Assembly: GCA_043228905.1 (NCBI GenBank)
Contig: JBHGNT010000018.1
Span: 12,586,001 to 12,650,000, forward strand
Length of the DNA: 64,000 bases
Direction of reading: 5' to 3'
Source of the DNA: Azolla caroliniana
Taxonomy: Eukaryota; Plantae; Polypodiophyta
A model generated the notes under the pieces. The model was not told where the DNA came from. It did no database searches and saw nothing but the letters and a program-made list of their open reading frames with translations. Made by a program: the position numbers and the translations under genes. The first letter of the stretch is position 1; each line of letters starts with the position of its first letter. Positions 13,200 to 24,225 of the stretch are shown here, piece after piece.

Positions 13200-15187
13200 A
13201 TACGCACGTTATCAACCGATTGTGGCCGGTAGTACCCTCAACACAAATCACTATGAAAGAGATTGTAGAAAGAAGAAGAGGGACCAAAAGAATGGAACCA
13301 CTATTGACAAGAAAAATATCCTTACAACAACCACATTTCATGGAGAAATTATTATTGCCTGGGATGATGTTTGTGCTAGTTTAGCATGCCAACAAACCGA
13401 TTAGATTATTGACTCGGAAGCCTCATACCACATTACCCCATACCGGGAGATGTTTGCATCATATATTGGTGGTGACTTTGGTAGAGTCCAAATGGCCAAA
13501 CATGGTGTGACAAAGGTTGTTGGTATAGGAATGTAATTTTTGTCTTGGATACAGGTTGCAAACTTGTATTGAGGGATGTTAGACATGTACCGGATATTTG
13601 GTTGAATAACATCTCCACCGGTAAGCTTGATGATGAGGGTTATGCAAACTACTTTGGTGAAGGAAAATGGAAGCTCACCAAAGGCTCTTTAGTCATAGTG
13701 AAATGTCTAAAACAAAATTCTCTCTATCTAAAGCATGTTATGGTGTCGAGCGGAGAGGTAAATGTAGTTGACAAGGATGTACCTATTGAGCTATGGCACA
13801 AGAGACTTGGGTACATGAGTTAAAAGGGACTCAATGTTCTAGCAAGTAAGAATATCTTTCTGGACATAAAAGGTATGCATTTGGAAACCTGTGTTGATTG
13901 CTTAGTTGACAAACAACATAGAGTTGCTTTTCAGCAATTGCTCCCCAAAAGAAAATCTCAGTCATTGGAATCGTTGCACACGAATCGATGTTATATGGAA
14001 GATAGAGGACTTGGGGGAGCATTGTACTTTGCCACATTTATTGATGACTTCTCAAGGAAGTTGTGGTGCTTTGCATTAAAGATTAAATATCAAGGGTTAA
14101 GTGTGGAAAGAGAAATTGGAAGAAAGCTAAAAAGTATCCATTCAAATAATGGCGGCGAATACCTAGGACAATTTGAGCAATATTGTCATAAGCATGGTAT
14201 TAGACTTAAGAGAAATGTTCCAAAAACACCACAACACAATGGTGTGGCTGAGAGGATGAATAGGACAATTTGTGAGTGGATACGATGTATTTTATCACAC
14301 TCAAAATTCAATGAGGATTACAGTTGACCTAATACATTTGTTTCCATCAATCCCTATGGATGATGATGTACCCAAGAGGGTGTGGACAGGTAAAGACGGA
14401 CTCGAGCCTCGATCGGCGTCCCATACCACCGTCGTGGCGTCGAGTTGTACCTGGTGCTGGCGCGCTTGCTACAAGAGTTGAACCATCAAGAAACAGAGTC
14501 TCAACGTAGTCAAAAGATGATGAAATGAGGGTAGTTAGGCCTCTTATTTATGGCGATACCCAAGGCCCCTAGGCAAGTTCACAGTTGGCCTAATGGGTTG
14601 TCTCAATTCCGAGGAGTAAAAGTAATCCTCCCCTTCTTTACACTCTCGTTTAACCCTCACACTTATCCACGTGTATAGAATACTACGGTAAATTCTCACG
14701 AAGGGATATTATATGGTCATGCCCGTAACAGTCAAGGTCACAAGGGAGATATGGAGGAGTATGATGGTATGGCTGATGATGCAGCCGATGATGGTGATGA
14801 GGAAAATCATGATCATCGCACTCTAGGTGACCAAATTTGATGATATTTCAGCAACTCCACCACAAGAGGAAGAGGTTAGAAGGTCTATGAGACAAAGATG
14901 ACCTTCTACTAGATACAATCCACATGAGTATGTGATGTCCACAGATGGTGGAGAAACAAAAAGATTTAAAAAAGCTTGAAGTTTGCCAACAAAAAGCAAA
15001 TCGAGTTGTGTCCCCCATTTGAGATGGAGGGGGAGAATTGTGGGGTTTTTCCACTCAAGTGGATTGGCGAGCCCACATCATGGAGCTGGTAGTTTAGTGC
15101 TGAATCGGCTGAGAGCCAATTAAGAATGAGCTAAAGGGCTAGAAAAGGTATTTGTTATATTTATTTATAAATATATACATACATACA

Positions 15188-15218
<31 letters not shown>

Positions 15219-15426
15219 AGATACAACAAAAGATGTTGCGCAAAAGAAGAACGTATGAATGGGAGAGAACACACATATAAAAGGAAAAGAAAGAACACAA
15301 AGCAAGAGAGACAACGGTGAATACACAGAGTGTATACAACTGAAGATATACAATGGAGATGATAGAAAAGAGAGAAGAAAAACAGTAGACGAAGAGACAG
15401 AGTGCCATGGTACGAGAGCAAGAGTG
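13200..15426 (+). pseudogene. Old degenerate Ty1/Copia (Tnt1/Tork-like): gag knuckle, protease, GAG-pre-integrase, integrase, deleted RT, PPT and start of 3' LTR at 15039
   Basis: LRDVRHVPDI...ISTGKLDDEGY, ELWHKRLGYMS, TPQHNGVAERMNRTI. PPT gagggggagaa at 15027-15037 is followed by TGTGGGG. Confidence 0.85.
14394..14730 (-). repeat. Truncated solo LTR of chromovirus family F
   Basis: Reverse complement of 55686-~56022; ends at ...gcccgtaaca. Confidence 0.9.
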
Positions 15427-15610
15427 CTCGAGGGCTCCACTATATATAAAGAGGTTGTATCACGTGCGTTCACGACATCTTTTATAAACCCCTTATAGGT
15501 ATATTTTTTATTATTTTAGATACCCTTCTATACAAAAACGATTAATAAAAATACCCCTTAGTGCCAATATATATTTTGACAACAACTCATTTTAAATGCC
15601 CTTACATAGA
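15427..15610. mobile_element. Left terminus of a second copy of the TIR element; probably extends beyond the window and encloses A, F, the hATs and H
   Basis: ctcgagggctccactatatataaagaggttgtatcacgtgc...accccttat aligns with 5605-5790. The distal interior reappears at 57910-59629. The right TIR is not seen. Confidence 0.7.
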
Positions 15611-15719
15611 AGACATACATATGTTTTATACATGTGTGTATGTATGTATGTATTGTATTGTATTGTATTGTATTGCATATGTTTTAAATGTTTAATGCAT
15701 GGGTTGTGTGTGTGTGTGT

Positions 15720-16130
15720 GTGGATACATACTTTTTCACACATTTACTTTAGAGACATTTTGCTTCTTTATTGAGGATGTCATCTATACTTTCCCCCAGT
15801 AGTAATATGTGCACTTAAGGATTGTAACATTCCTTCTGCATATCATTTGTTCATAATCAAACAAATAAAACATTTGGACAGATGTACAATCCCTTTTTTT
15901 TTTAAAAGTACTTGGATGCGTGTATGTATGTATGTGAGTGAGTGTGTGTTTGTGTACATACTTTTTCACACATTTATATTAGAGACATTTTGCGTCTTTA
16001 TTGAGGATGTCATCTATACTTTCCCCAGTAGTGATATGTGAGCTTAAGGATTGTAACATTCCTTTTGCATATCATTTTGTTCATAAGCAAACAAATAAAA
16101 CATTTGGACAGATGTACAATCCCTTTTTTC
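15720..16130. repeat. ~230-bp tandem duplication
   Basis: tacatactttttcacacattta...ggacagatgtacaatcccttttt occurs twice. Confidence 0.85.
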
Positions 16131-17695
16131 TTTTAATAAATACTTCGATAAAAAATCAAGCTCTTCTTTGCTTAAAAATGTTAGTTTGTAAGGGCACATA
16201 ACTAGGCTTCACATCTAAGTGTTTCCAAAATCGCTTACATGTGGTTTGATCTGGCATCTCACACCTGAGTATCAATGCCCTCTACTCTCTGGTTTTGGGC
16301 ATCGATACATTCAGTTTTCGAAGATCCATTGATGGAGGACTGCAAGATAGAAGATTGGAGTTATCCATGTTATTGTATGCGATGTTACCGATTAGGAACA
16401 CGGTCTATGGTCAGTCCTTTGACCTAGACCTCCAAGTGACTATGTGACAACGAACGGTAGCGTCTGTGCGTAATACGTAGGGGAATGTTCCCCGTAAGCT
16501 AGCAGCGTATAAGGGAGACGACTACAATCGAGCTCCTTAACAGTGACTACACACTCACCGTGGCTTACTTCTACACTCTCAGGTGTTATAGACACACAGT
16601 AGATTAGTTGTAGCTATACACAGATATAAGAGAAGATAGAATTCTATTACGATACGCTTCTTTACATTCCAAAATTACACGCTACCTCTATCAAAGGTTT
16701 TCTGCCCTTTATATACGCAGGGTCTTTTAGCCATTCACGCTTCCCGCTGTCGAGATATTTCGCAAGTGCGTGTGGAAACGAGGCGGGACCGCGGGGGTCT
16801 CGAACCAAAGAGCAAGCGAGGGAGGAGAAAGAGAGAGAACCGGCTACGCAGGACCGGGGATACGCAGGGACATGGCCCTTCAGCACGGAGAACGCGAACA
16901 GACACCGACACAGACAGATGCGAATGACTAAATATGTATATTCACAAAAATGGCTAACACGACTACAACCCTCGATGGGGCACAGGTTGGTTACAACCGA
17001 ACAAGCCGGCGAACAGATGCCGATGCTTGTTCGCTTCGACGCACAAAGGGGTAGCAGGTCGGAGGTGCTGCCGGAAGCACTCGGGCGTTCCTCGAAACAG
17101 CGCGAGCCTCCTCGGAACCCTGCACAGAAAAGCTATGGAGCTCAAGAAGGAAGGAAACAGAGAGAGAAGCGTCCAGAAACGGTCCGACAGCACTTCGTCC
17201 TCTCTGCGCGAGATCTCTGCAACAACTCTTTCCTGCTCCTTATATAGGCCGACGAGCAGGCCGTCCTGTCAGCTTTATTCCCTGTCCCTTTTGGACTGGG
17301 ATCCGCTCCGCTCTTCACGCATCCGCGTAGTTACGCCGCCGACTCGTACAGTTCCTTAGCTCGCGCGCGCGACCGAAAAGACTGTTCGCGCGGTCTTTGT
17401 CTCCACTTGTGTTAGGGCCCGTTCCTGCCGATTATCCTCCTAATTCGCTTCTATGTACACCTTGGAGCGTGCGCGCGTGAAGAACCGGTTCCCACGCCTT
17501 GGTGCGCCGATTCCGCTTATGGACGGTTTTCTTCACGACATCCGCCCCCACCTAACCGCGCATCCTCCGGCATGCGCCAAGAGAGTTGGGACGGAGAAAA
17601 CCGGCCCGTCTTCATTCCTCGCCCGTCGGTTCTTCCTCGTTTTCGGATCGTTCGTCACTGCTGACTAGGAGAGCCGGGTCTGGCTCGTCGTCGTG

Positions 17696-20600
17696 TCACT
17701 TCTTGAACGCTTTGATCCGCTTCCCTGCAACCGGTATCGCCATTCTCGTGCCGTCGAGTTCCGGCAGGTGATATGTCCCGTTGTCATTGGCGCTCCGTAC
17801 CATGTAAGGCCCGAACCACCTTCGTGCGAACTTCCGTGTAGCTCGGTGCTGGTTGTCGAGGCTGCTGTCGTAGACGAGCACCCAGTCACCTTCTTCGATT
17901 TTCTTCGGTCGGAGCCGGTGCGTTCGGTCGAACCTGGCTTTGTTCTTTGTCCTGGCCACCCGGAGCTTCTCCGCAGCCAGTTCCACGTCCTCCGGTCTCC
18001 GCTCGAGCTGTCGTATACGCGCGGCCAACAACTCCTCCCGGCTCATCTCGTCCCTCCAGTCGACCGCTGCCCACGAGGAGATCGTCCGTTCCATCGGCAT
18101 GATCGGCTTCTGGCCGAACATGAGCTCCGTCGGCATGTACCCGGTTACCGAACTGTGCGTGGTCCGGTCTGCCCACAAAGCATAAGGTAGCAGCCGTGGC
18201 CAGTTACCGACTTGGCCTCCGCATGCTCGAACCAGCGCCTTGACAATCGGCCCGTGTCCGCGCTCCACCTTTCCATTCGCCTCCGGATTGTACGCAGTGG
18301 TGAGCGAGAGCTTGACTCCCAGCCGGTCCAACAGCTCCGCGGCTTCTTCGGCGTCCAACTCCCCTCGGTCAGCCACGATCTTCCCGACGCATCCGTACCG
18401 GCATATCACGTCCTCGATTAGGAACCGACATACGGCCGCGGTCGTTTTGTTCGGAAGGGCCCGGCCTTCCACCTGGTTCGTCAGATCCTCCCGCGCTAGG
18501 ACCAGATACCGCATCTGTCCTACTCCCATTGGCATTGTTACCAGATCTACCATCCATTTGAAATGGATGGCCGGAGGGTACGTAGGGTGAAGCTCGTCTC
18601 GATGTCGGACTATGGAGTGCATCTGACAGCTCTCGCAAGTTGTCACGAACCGATGCACGTCCTGGTACTGCCCCGGCCACCAATACTTCCCCTTCAGTTT
18701 CTCAAACGTAGCCCATGTTCCACGGTGTCCAGCCCAAGGGCTGTCGTGGTAGGCCGCTAGCAGCTCCTCCTGATCTTCCTTCATTGCCACCACCCGGAGC
18801 GGGACGCCGTTCCTCTTCTTCGGGTGCTTCCACAAGTATCCATCCCGGAGAAAGAACCGGTACGCTTTCTTCCGGATCCGGTTGGCCTCGTCCTTCGTCC
18901 ATGACGCATCGGGCGTCATTGTCTTCAAAAACCCACCGATCTGCAGCCACTCCCCGTCGTACTTGCTCGCGTCGAAGTCGTTAAGCGCCGGAGTGCTTGT
19001 TCCGTCGGTTGTCACATACGCAGTCTCGAAGAAGTCCACGCCGACCTCTTCGTCCTCCGAAACCATGCCGCCTTCGTCATCGAATCTCGCCCTTGAAAGC
19101 ATGTCGGCCATGGCGTTGTCTTTCCCGGAAATGTGTCGTATTTCCGGGTCCAGGGACTTGATGTACGCTATCCACCTGAGCATTGCCAGGTCCGGCGTCG
19201 CGCATCCGGAAACCATGCCGAGAATCGGCATGCAATCCGTCTCTATGATTACCTCTGTCCCGATCAGATAGTCCTTGTCGGCCTTCACCGCCGTAACGAT
19301 ACCCCAGAGTTCGCGTTTAACCTGGGCGTATCCTCGCTGCCGCTCACTGAGGACCTTCGCGCCGAATCGGATCGGAAACCGATTGCCGTCCTCGTCTTCT
19401 TGGTTGACGACCCACCCGATTCCGGTCGGACTCGTGTCAACCGTTATGTACACTGGGGTGCCCTTCCTGTAGACGGCCTTTCGGAGCGCCGGTGCTGCCG
19501 AAAGAGCCTCCTTCAGCTTCCGGACCGACTCCGTGTGCTTGTCTAGCCATTCGAATCTTCGCCCTTTCTTCAATAATCCGTACAGCGGCTCCGCGACGTG
19601 CGCGTAATGCGGGATCCATATGTGGTAGAAGGCGCATGCTCCCAAGAATCTTCGTACTTCCGTGACCGAGCTGCAATCAGGCTTCATCGCGGAGATGGCT
19701 TCTACCTTTGCCGGAGACGGTTTCCGGCCATATGGTCCACATAAATGTCCGACCACCATGATTTCCGACTGCCCGAAGGCTGACTTCTCCCCCGAGAAGG
19801 TGAGCCTCGCATCCTCTAGCCTTTGCAGCACCTTCTCGCAGTCGTCGATGTGCGTCATCACGAATCGCCGGCATCCGTCCGGCCCGATCGTCTCGTCCTT
19901 CTCTTCTACCGGGCATCCCTTGATCGGGATGTCGTCTAGAAACGGCATGGTGATGTCCGGGATGCAGTCCCTCAGCACCTTGTTCATTGCATTCACCATG
20001 TGGGCCACCGAGTTGGTCCCTCCTTGCGGCAGCGTACACATCCGCACTAGGCCGAGGGGAGTTCGCATCGTCGTAATGTCTCTGCTCTCCACGGCTACCT
20101 GGAACTGGTCGTACCCTGAGTATAGATCACCGACCGAGTAAATCGACCCGCCGGCGAAGGCCTCCGCGAACTCGTCTATGGTCGGTCCGATCCCTGCGTT
20201 CCGAATGGTCACTCTATTGACCGGCTGCAGGTCCTGAATGAAGCGCAACGATCCGTTTTTCTTTGGTACGGTAAACCATCGGTTTGAATACGGGGCGTTC
20301 GACGGCTCGAGAATGCCCATATCAACTTTCTGCTTCAACAGCTCCATCAACTTCGGGATGTGAGCTCTCGGAACCGGAATTGGCTTGAGATTCCACGGTA
20401 CATGCGGTACCGTGAATATCACCATTGGCTCTACGATCGTCGGGTCTACGCACCCGATTTCCTCCGGTGAGAATGCGAAGGCTTTCCCGTGCCTTCCGAG
20501 CATTCTGCGAAACCGGTCTTCCTCCACCGGCAGTAGGAACCCGCCCCCACCGATCTTCAGCTCGCGGAGCGTCTCGTTGGTGAAGGTGTGTCCTATGCAG

Positions 20601-21100
20601 GCCGGATCTCGTAAGCTGGGGTCCGATGCAACCCCTTTGATTCGGGATTCGCTGCCCTCCGGTAAGGGCGCCGCAACTGGCCTCACCTTCCGGTCCACAG
20701 TCTTGTACTTGGTGCTAGCTCGGGCCGTCCGTTCCGACTCGAGCCCTCGACCGAAGTCCGCGATGACTTTGTACATTTCTTCGGAACATACCGGTATCGT
20801 CCGGTCTTCGTTAAGGTCTTCTTCGACTACCTTCCCCAGCATTCCCAAGGTGTCGTCGAAGGAGACTGCCTCCACGGCTCCGTTGATTCCTTCGTCAGGG
20901 CCGAGAACTCCGCACGCCCGAAGTCTCCCCTCCGTCTTTGTTTTCTCTCGGCCGGCGATGCCGACCATCGTACATGCTCCGTTGTCGGAGAAGCAAAATT
21001 TCCTACCTATTGTACACGGTTTTATCGTACAGATGTGGGGTTTTCCCGGAGCATCCGGACTGTCGCGGCCCCACGCCTTGGCAGTCCTCTCTAAAAATCC
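17696..21100 (-). CDS. Pol (RT-RNaseH-integrase) of B, uninterrupted; probably entered by -1 frameshift
   Basis: 1090-aa ORF with DLQPVN, DLYSGYDQ, LPQGGTNS, FLDD, DTSPTGIG, HHCC and ADRGE integrase core. Frame stays open upstream to the GGATTTT site. No chromodomain. Confidence 0.92.
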   Translation of the reverse strand, partial: GFLERTAKAWGRDSPDAPGKPHICTIKPCTIGRKFCFSDNGACTMVGIAGREKTKTEGRLRACGVLGPDEGINGAVEAVSFDDTLGMLGKVVEEDLNEDRTIPVCSEEMYKVIADFGRGLESERTARASTKYKTVDRKVRPVAAPLPEGSESRIKGVASDPSLRDPACIGHTFTNETLRELKIGGGGFLLPVEEDRFRRMLGRHGKAFAFSPEEIGCVDPTIVEPMVIFTVPHVPWNLKPIPVPRAHIPKLMELLKQKVDMGILEPSNAPYSNRWFTVPKKNGSLRFIQDLQPVNRVTIRNAGIGPTIDEFAEAFAGGSIYSVGDLYSGYDQFQVAVESRDITTMRTPLGLVRMCTLPQGGTNSVAHMVNAMNKVLRDCIPDITMPFLDDIPIKGCPVEEKDETIGPDGCRRFVMTHIDDCEKVLQRLEDARLTFSGEKSAFGQSEIMVVGHLCGPYGRKPSPAKVEAISAMKPDCSSVTEVRRFLGACAFYHIWIPHYAHVAEPLYGLLKKGRRFEWLDKHTESVRKLKEALSAAPALRKAVYRKGTPVYITVDTSPTGIGWVVNQEDEDGNRFPIRFGAKVLSERQRGYAQVKRELWGIVTAVKADKDYLIGTEVIIETDCMPILGMVSGCATPDLAMLRWIAYIKSLDPEIRHISGKDNAMADMLSRARFDDEGGMVSEDEEVGVDFFETAYVTTDGTSTPALNDFDASKYDGEWLQIGGFLKTMTPDASWTKDEANRIRKKAYRFFLRDGYLWKHPKKRNGVPLRVVAMKEDQEELLAAYHDSPWAGHRGTWATFEKLKGKYWWPGQYQDVHRFVTTCESCQMHSIVRHRDELHPTYPPAIHFKWMVDLVTMPMGVGQMRYLVLAREDLTNQVEGRALPNKTTAAVCRFLIEDVICRYGCVGKIVADRGELDAEEAAELLDRLGVKLSLTTAYNPEANGKVERGHGPIVKALVRACGGQVGNWPRLLPYALWADRTTHSSVTGYMPTELMFGQKPIMPMERTISSWAAVDWRDEMSREELLAARIRQLERRPEDVELAAEKLRVARTKNKARFDRTHRLRPKKIEEGDWVLVYDSSLDNQHRATRKFARRWFGPYMVRSANDNGTYHLPELDGTRMAIPVAGKRIKAFKK

Positions 21101-23206
21101 TCTCGGTTTTCGGAACCGAGGGAATCGCGGTTGCGTTCGTGGTTCGGCCGTACCGTCAGGAACTGGACCGAATGGCGCCCGTCTTGGCTTTTGACCCTCG
21201 CGTAGGCCGAACCATTGTCCAGCACCTTGGTCTCCATTCGCGCCGCCGTGATGTACGGCTCTCCCAGTATGACCGGATGCGAAGACGTCTCCTGCACGAA
21301 GAAGTGCTGGTCAATCTCGACGTCGCCGATCTTGACTCGCACATTCGGACAGGCCCCGTGCAGTTCCTCGGTGGCGCGCGTTGCTGCCCTTATTTTCCAC
21401 CCGTGCTTGGTGTTGATCGGCCATTTGCCCTTCTTATAGAAGTCCATGGACATCAAATTGATCTCCGATCCGTGGTCCACCAAAGCTATCACCGGTTCCT
21501 GGACATCGCCGATCTTCACCGGGGTTTCCGTGGTCGCTCGGGCCCAGTGTGGTCTCGAATAGTGGCTTTCCGCCCACTCGTCTCCCAGCGCCATGTCGTC
21601 TAGGTGCGTCGTCCGCACTTCCACCGGTCTTTCCGGTTCTGTCTCCGTTGACAGCCTCTTCCGTTTCACCAAGTCCACGATGGAGTCGTGGAACTCCTTC
21701 TTGGCGATTCCCAGCACCTCTCGTAACGACAGCTCCACCTTGCTGTCGAGGATCCGTTCCTCCAGGACCTTTCGTAAGTCCGTGGTCCTTTCTATCTCCG
21801 TCCCCAGACGGTACCCGCCCTTCTGGGGTTTATCTTGCGTACCGGCCCCGCCGTCGTGGCCCGGACCGGGTCTCGTATCGTTGTGAGGGCCCGGTCGTCC
21901 TGGGTTTCCCCACCCGCTTCTCTTCTACCAGAGCCTCGTAGTTCTGGCACGCGGCTTCCACGAAGCCCGTCTTTTCCTCGACCGGGTCGCTCCACCCGGT
22001 CATCTCCCGTACCCGTTTCTCCGCACGGTCCGATTCCTCCCTTTTAAGCCTTGCACCGGCAAGGCCTTCCAGCATCGTCGGCCAGAATCCGGCTTTGCTT
22101 TCCCTTCGGGCCTCGCCGCCCCCGACTCGAATGCCGGCCGACGCCGAGTAGTGGACGGTTTCCGCGTGTCGGGCCGCCGCCTCTTCCATCAGCCCTTTCA
22201 TACCACCTCGCCCGTCGTTTCGGCTCAGGGCCCTTCGGGTGTCGCTGGCATGCACCCGTCCTTCCCACAGGTACACCACCCTGTTCCTCAGCGCCTCCGC
22301 GAAGTCGCCGCAGTCCTTCCGAATGTGGCCGACTTCATCGCACCACATGCACCTATTTCCTGCCTTCGGCCGTCGGTCACGAGCCGGTTCGCCACCTTCC
22401 CTTCGGGCTTGCGCGATTTGGAGGTCCTTTATCGCCCTCGTCAATTCCTCCAGCGCCGCTCCTCCGGTTGAGCCTCTGACTACGCCGGTCGAAGCCGAAC
22501 CGGTTTCCAACCACTCTCGGGTCTCTTCCTTTCGCACCTGTGGCGCTGGTTCGAGCTTCCTTGCTGCGACCGAGCCCGACCCGGCTGCCCCGTTATCCGC
22601 CCATTCTCGCCGTTTGTCGAAACGGCCACAGACTTTCTTGACAGCCGCCCAGTCGGTTGTGAGCCCGTCTTCGGTTTCCAGCAAGAGGCCCACTTGCTCC
22701 CGATCCCGCTCGTCGACCGACTTGACAAACAGCAAGACCCGGCTCGTGTCCAGGATGGTTCGGTCGAGCGCCGAAAGGCGCGCAAAGTTTTCCTCGAACT
22801 CCCGGAGGAGTGCCGACGCGTTTCTTCCCTTCCCCGGGGACTCCACCCATTCCATGAACCCTCGCTTCGAAAGCCGGAGCGCGTCGTCCAGCCCGTATTT
22901 CTCTAGGAGCCGACCTTCGAACTCCTCCCAGGTACGGCTCTCCGCCCGCACCTCGAGCACCTCCGCATGGATGCTCGGCATCGCCACTCGGGGAAATCCG
23001 GCAAGACGCCCTTCTTCCGGAATGTCCCGCATCAGCATCTCTGCACCGTAGGACGCCAAATACTTCGTGGCATCCTTCCCATCGAACCGGCCGATCGTGC
23101 CGACGACCGCCTCAATAGCTCTGTCGAGGGCACCGGTGCCCTCGCGCGCGTTTACAATTCGATCCACGGCCGAAGCCATGGCCTCTGCAAGATACGACCC
23201 CCTCAT
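21091..23206 (-). CDS. Gag plus aspartic protease of B (one frameshift near 21830-21870)
   Basis: CMWCDEVGHIRKDC zinc knuckle and ALVDHGSEINLM protease motif; ATG at 23206 after the PBS. Confidence 0.85.
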
Positions 23207-23228
23207 CTTCTGCTCTTCTGCCGCCTCT

Positions 23229-23246
23229 TTCACGTCGGGTTCACCA
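23229..23246 (-). promoter_or_regulatory. Primer-binding site, tRNA-Trp (element B)
   Basis: tggtgaacccgacgtgaa is complementary to the plant cytosolic tRNA-Trp 3' end TTCACGTCGGGTTCACCA (recalled). Identical PBS at 24192-24209 in C. Confidence 0.85.
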
Positions 23247-23498
23247 AAGATGTCGAGATATTTCGCAAGTGCGTGTGGAAACGAGGCGGGACCGCGGGGG
23301 TCTCGAACCAAAGAGCAAGCGAGGGAGGAGAAAGAGAGAGAACCGGCTACGCAGGACCGGGGATACGTAGGGACACGGCCCTTCAGCACGGAGAACGCTG
23401 TCGTAGTGTATTTCGTACACTACGTGAAAAAGTAAAAATAATATAACCGATTTAATTACATATAAATAAATAAAATAATATATCAAGATATTTATCAC

Positions 23499-23570
23499 GT
23501 GCATAGGGCAAGATTCGAACCTTGTACCTCCACGTAACCAAACCTCAACTTTACCATTATGCTACCTTAT
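23499..23570 (-). other. tRNA-like / Pol III A-box and B-box cassette within the C LTR (also ~26210-26281 and ~62585-62655)
   Basis: The minus strand reads ataagg TAGCATAATGG taaagttgaggtttggttacgtggaggtacaa GGTTCGAATC ttgccctat. Confidence 0.6.
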
Positions 23571-24225
23571 CTTTAGTGTTCTATAAATAGATTTAATAAC
23601 TATAAGTGCTTTATTTGCGCCTACCTTTATTAAAAGGTAAATCATGTATTTTTAGAGTGCGTGAATATTTTATAGAAAAACGCAAGCAACCAAAAAGTGA
23701 CTCATGCACATCTAGCGTGCATGAGCACTATATTTAGCAAATAAAAGCAAGGATTAGAAAAGCATCACATGCATATTTAGTGTGCATGAACATATTAGAA
23801 AAAAAGCATGTAGCTATGCTTAGTCCCTCCCATCACTACATAAGGATGGGGAGCACAATGTAATAGACGTGTGAAATATTTGGAAATTGGATATATTTCT
23901 GAAAACACCAACCGATTAATATAATCGTGGGATTCACGAAAATAATATAATCTATACTTGTGGGATTCACAAGTTTCTTATATCTTTCTTTCAATCTAAA
24001 TACATATTCTTATCTAAATATTAATTAATCGAATAAAATACACTCGTGGGATTCACAAAATTTCTATCTCTCTTTCTAATAATCTATTCATTACTAGCCT
24101 CATCTCATATTCTTCTTTCTCCTAGTCCAAAACCTCGGCGGTTCCCACCCGACTCACGCAAACGATCCGGAGCCGAAAGGCACGACACAGTTGGTGAACC
24201 CGACGTGAAGGCGGGTGGCAAGGAG

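Noticed and set aside
16265-16382. Exon-like segment (AG...GT) rejoined across element A with 47348-47358
   Set aside because: All three frames contain a stop and no protein is recognisable.
17453-23446. Long antisense ORFs over B (and similarly over D and E)
   Set aside because: Expected shadows of GC-rich coding sequence, with no domain motifs.
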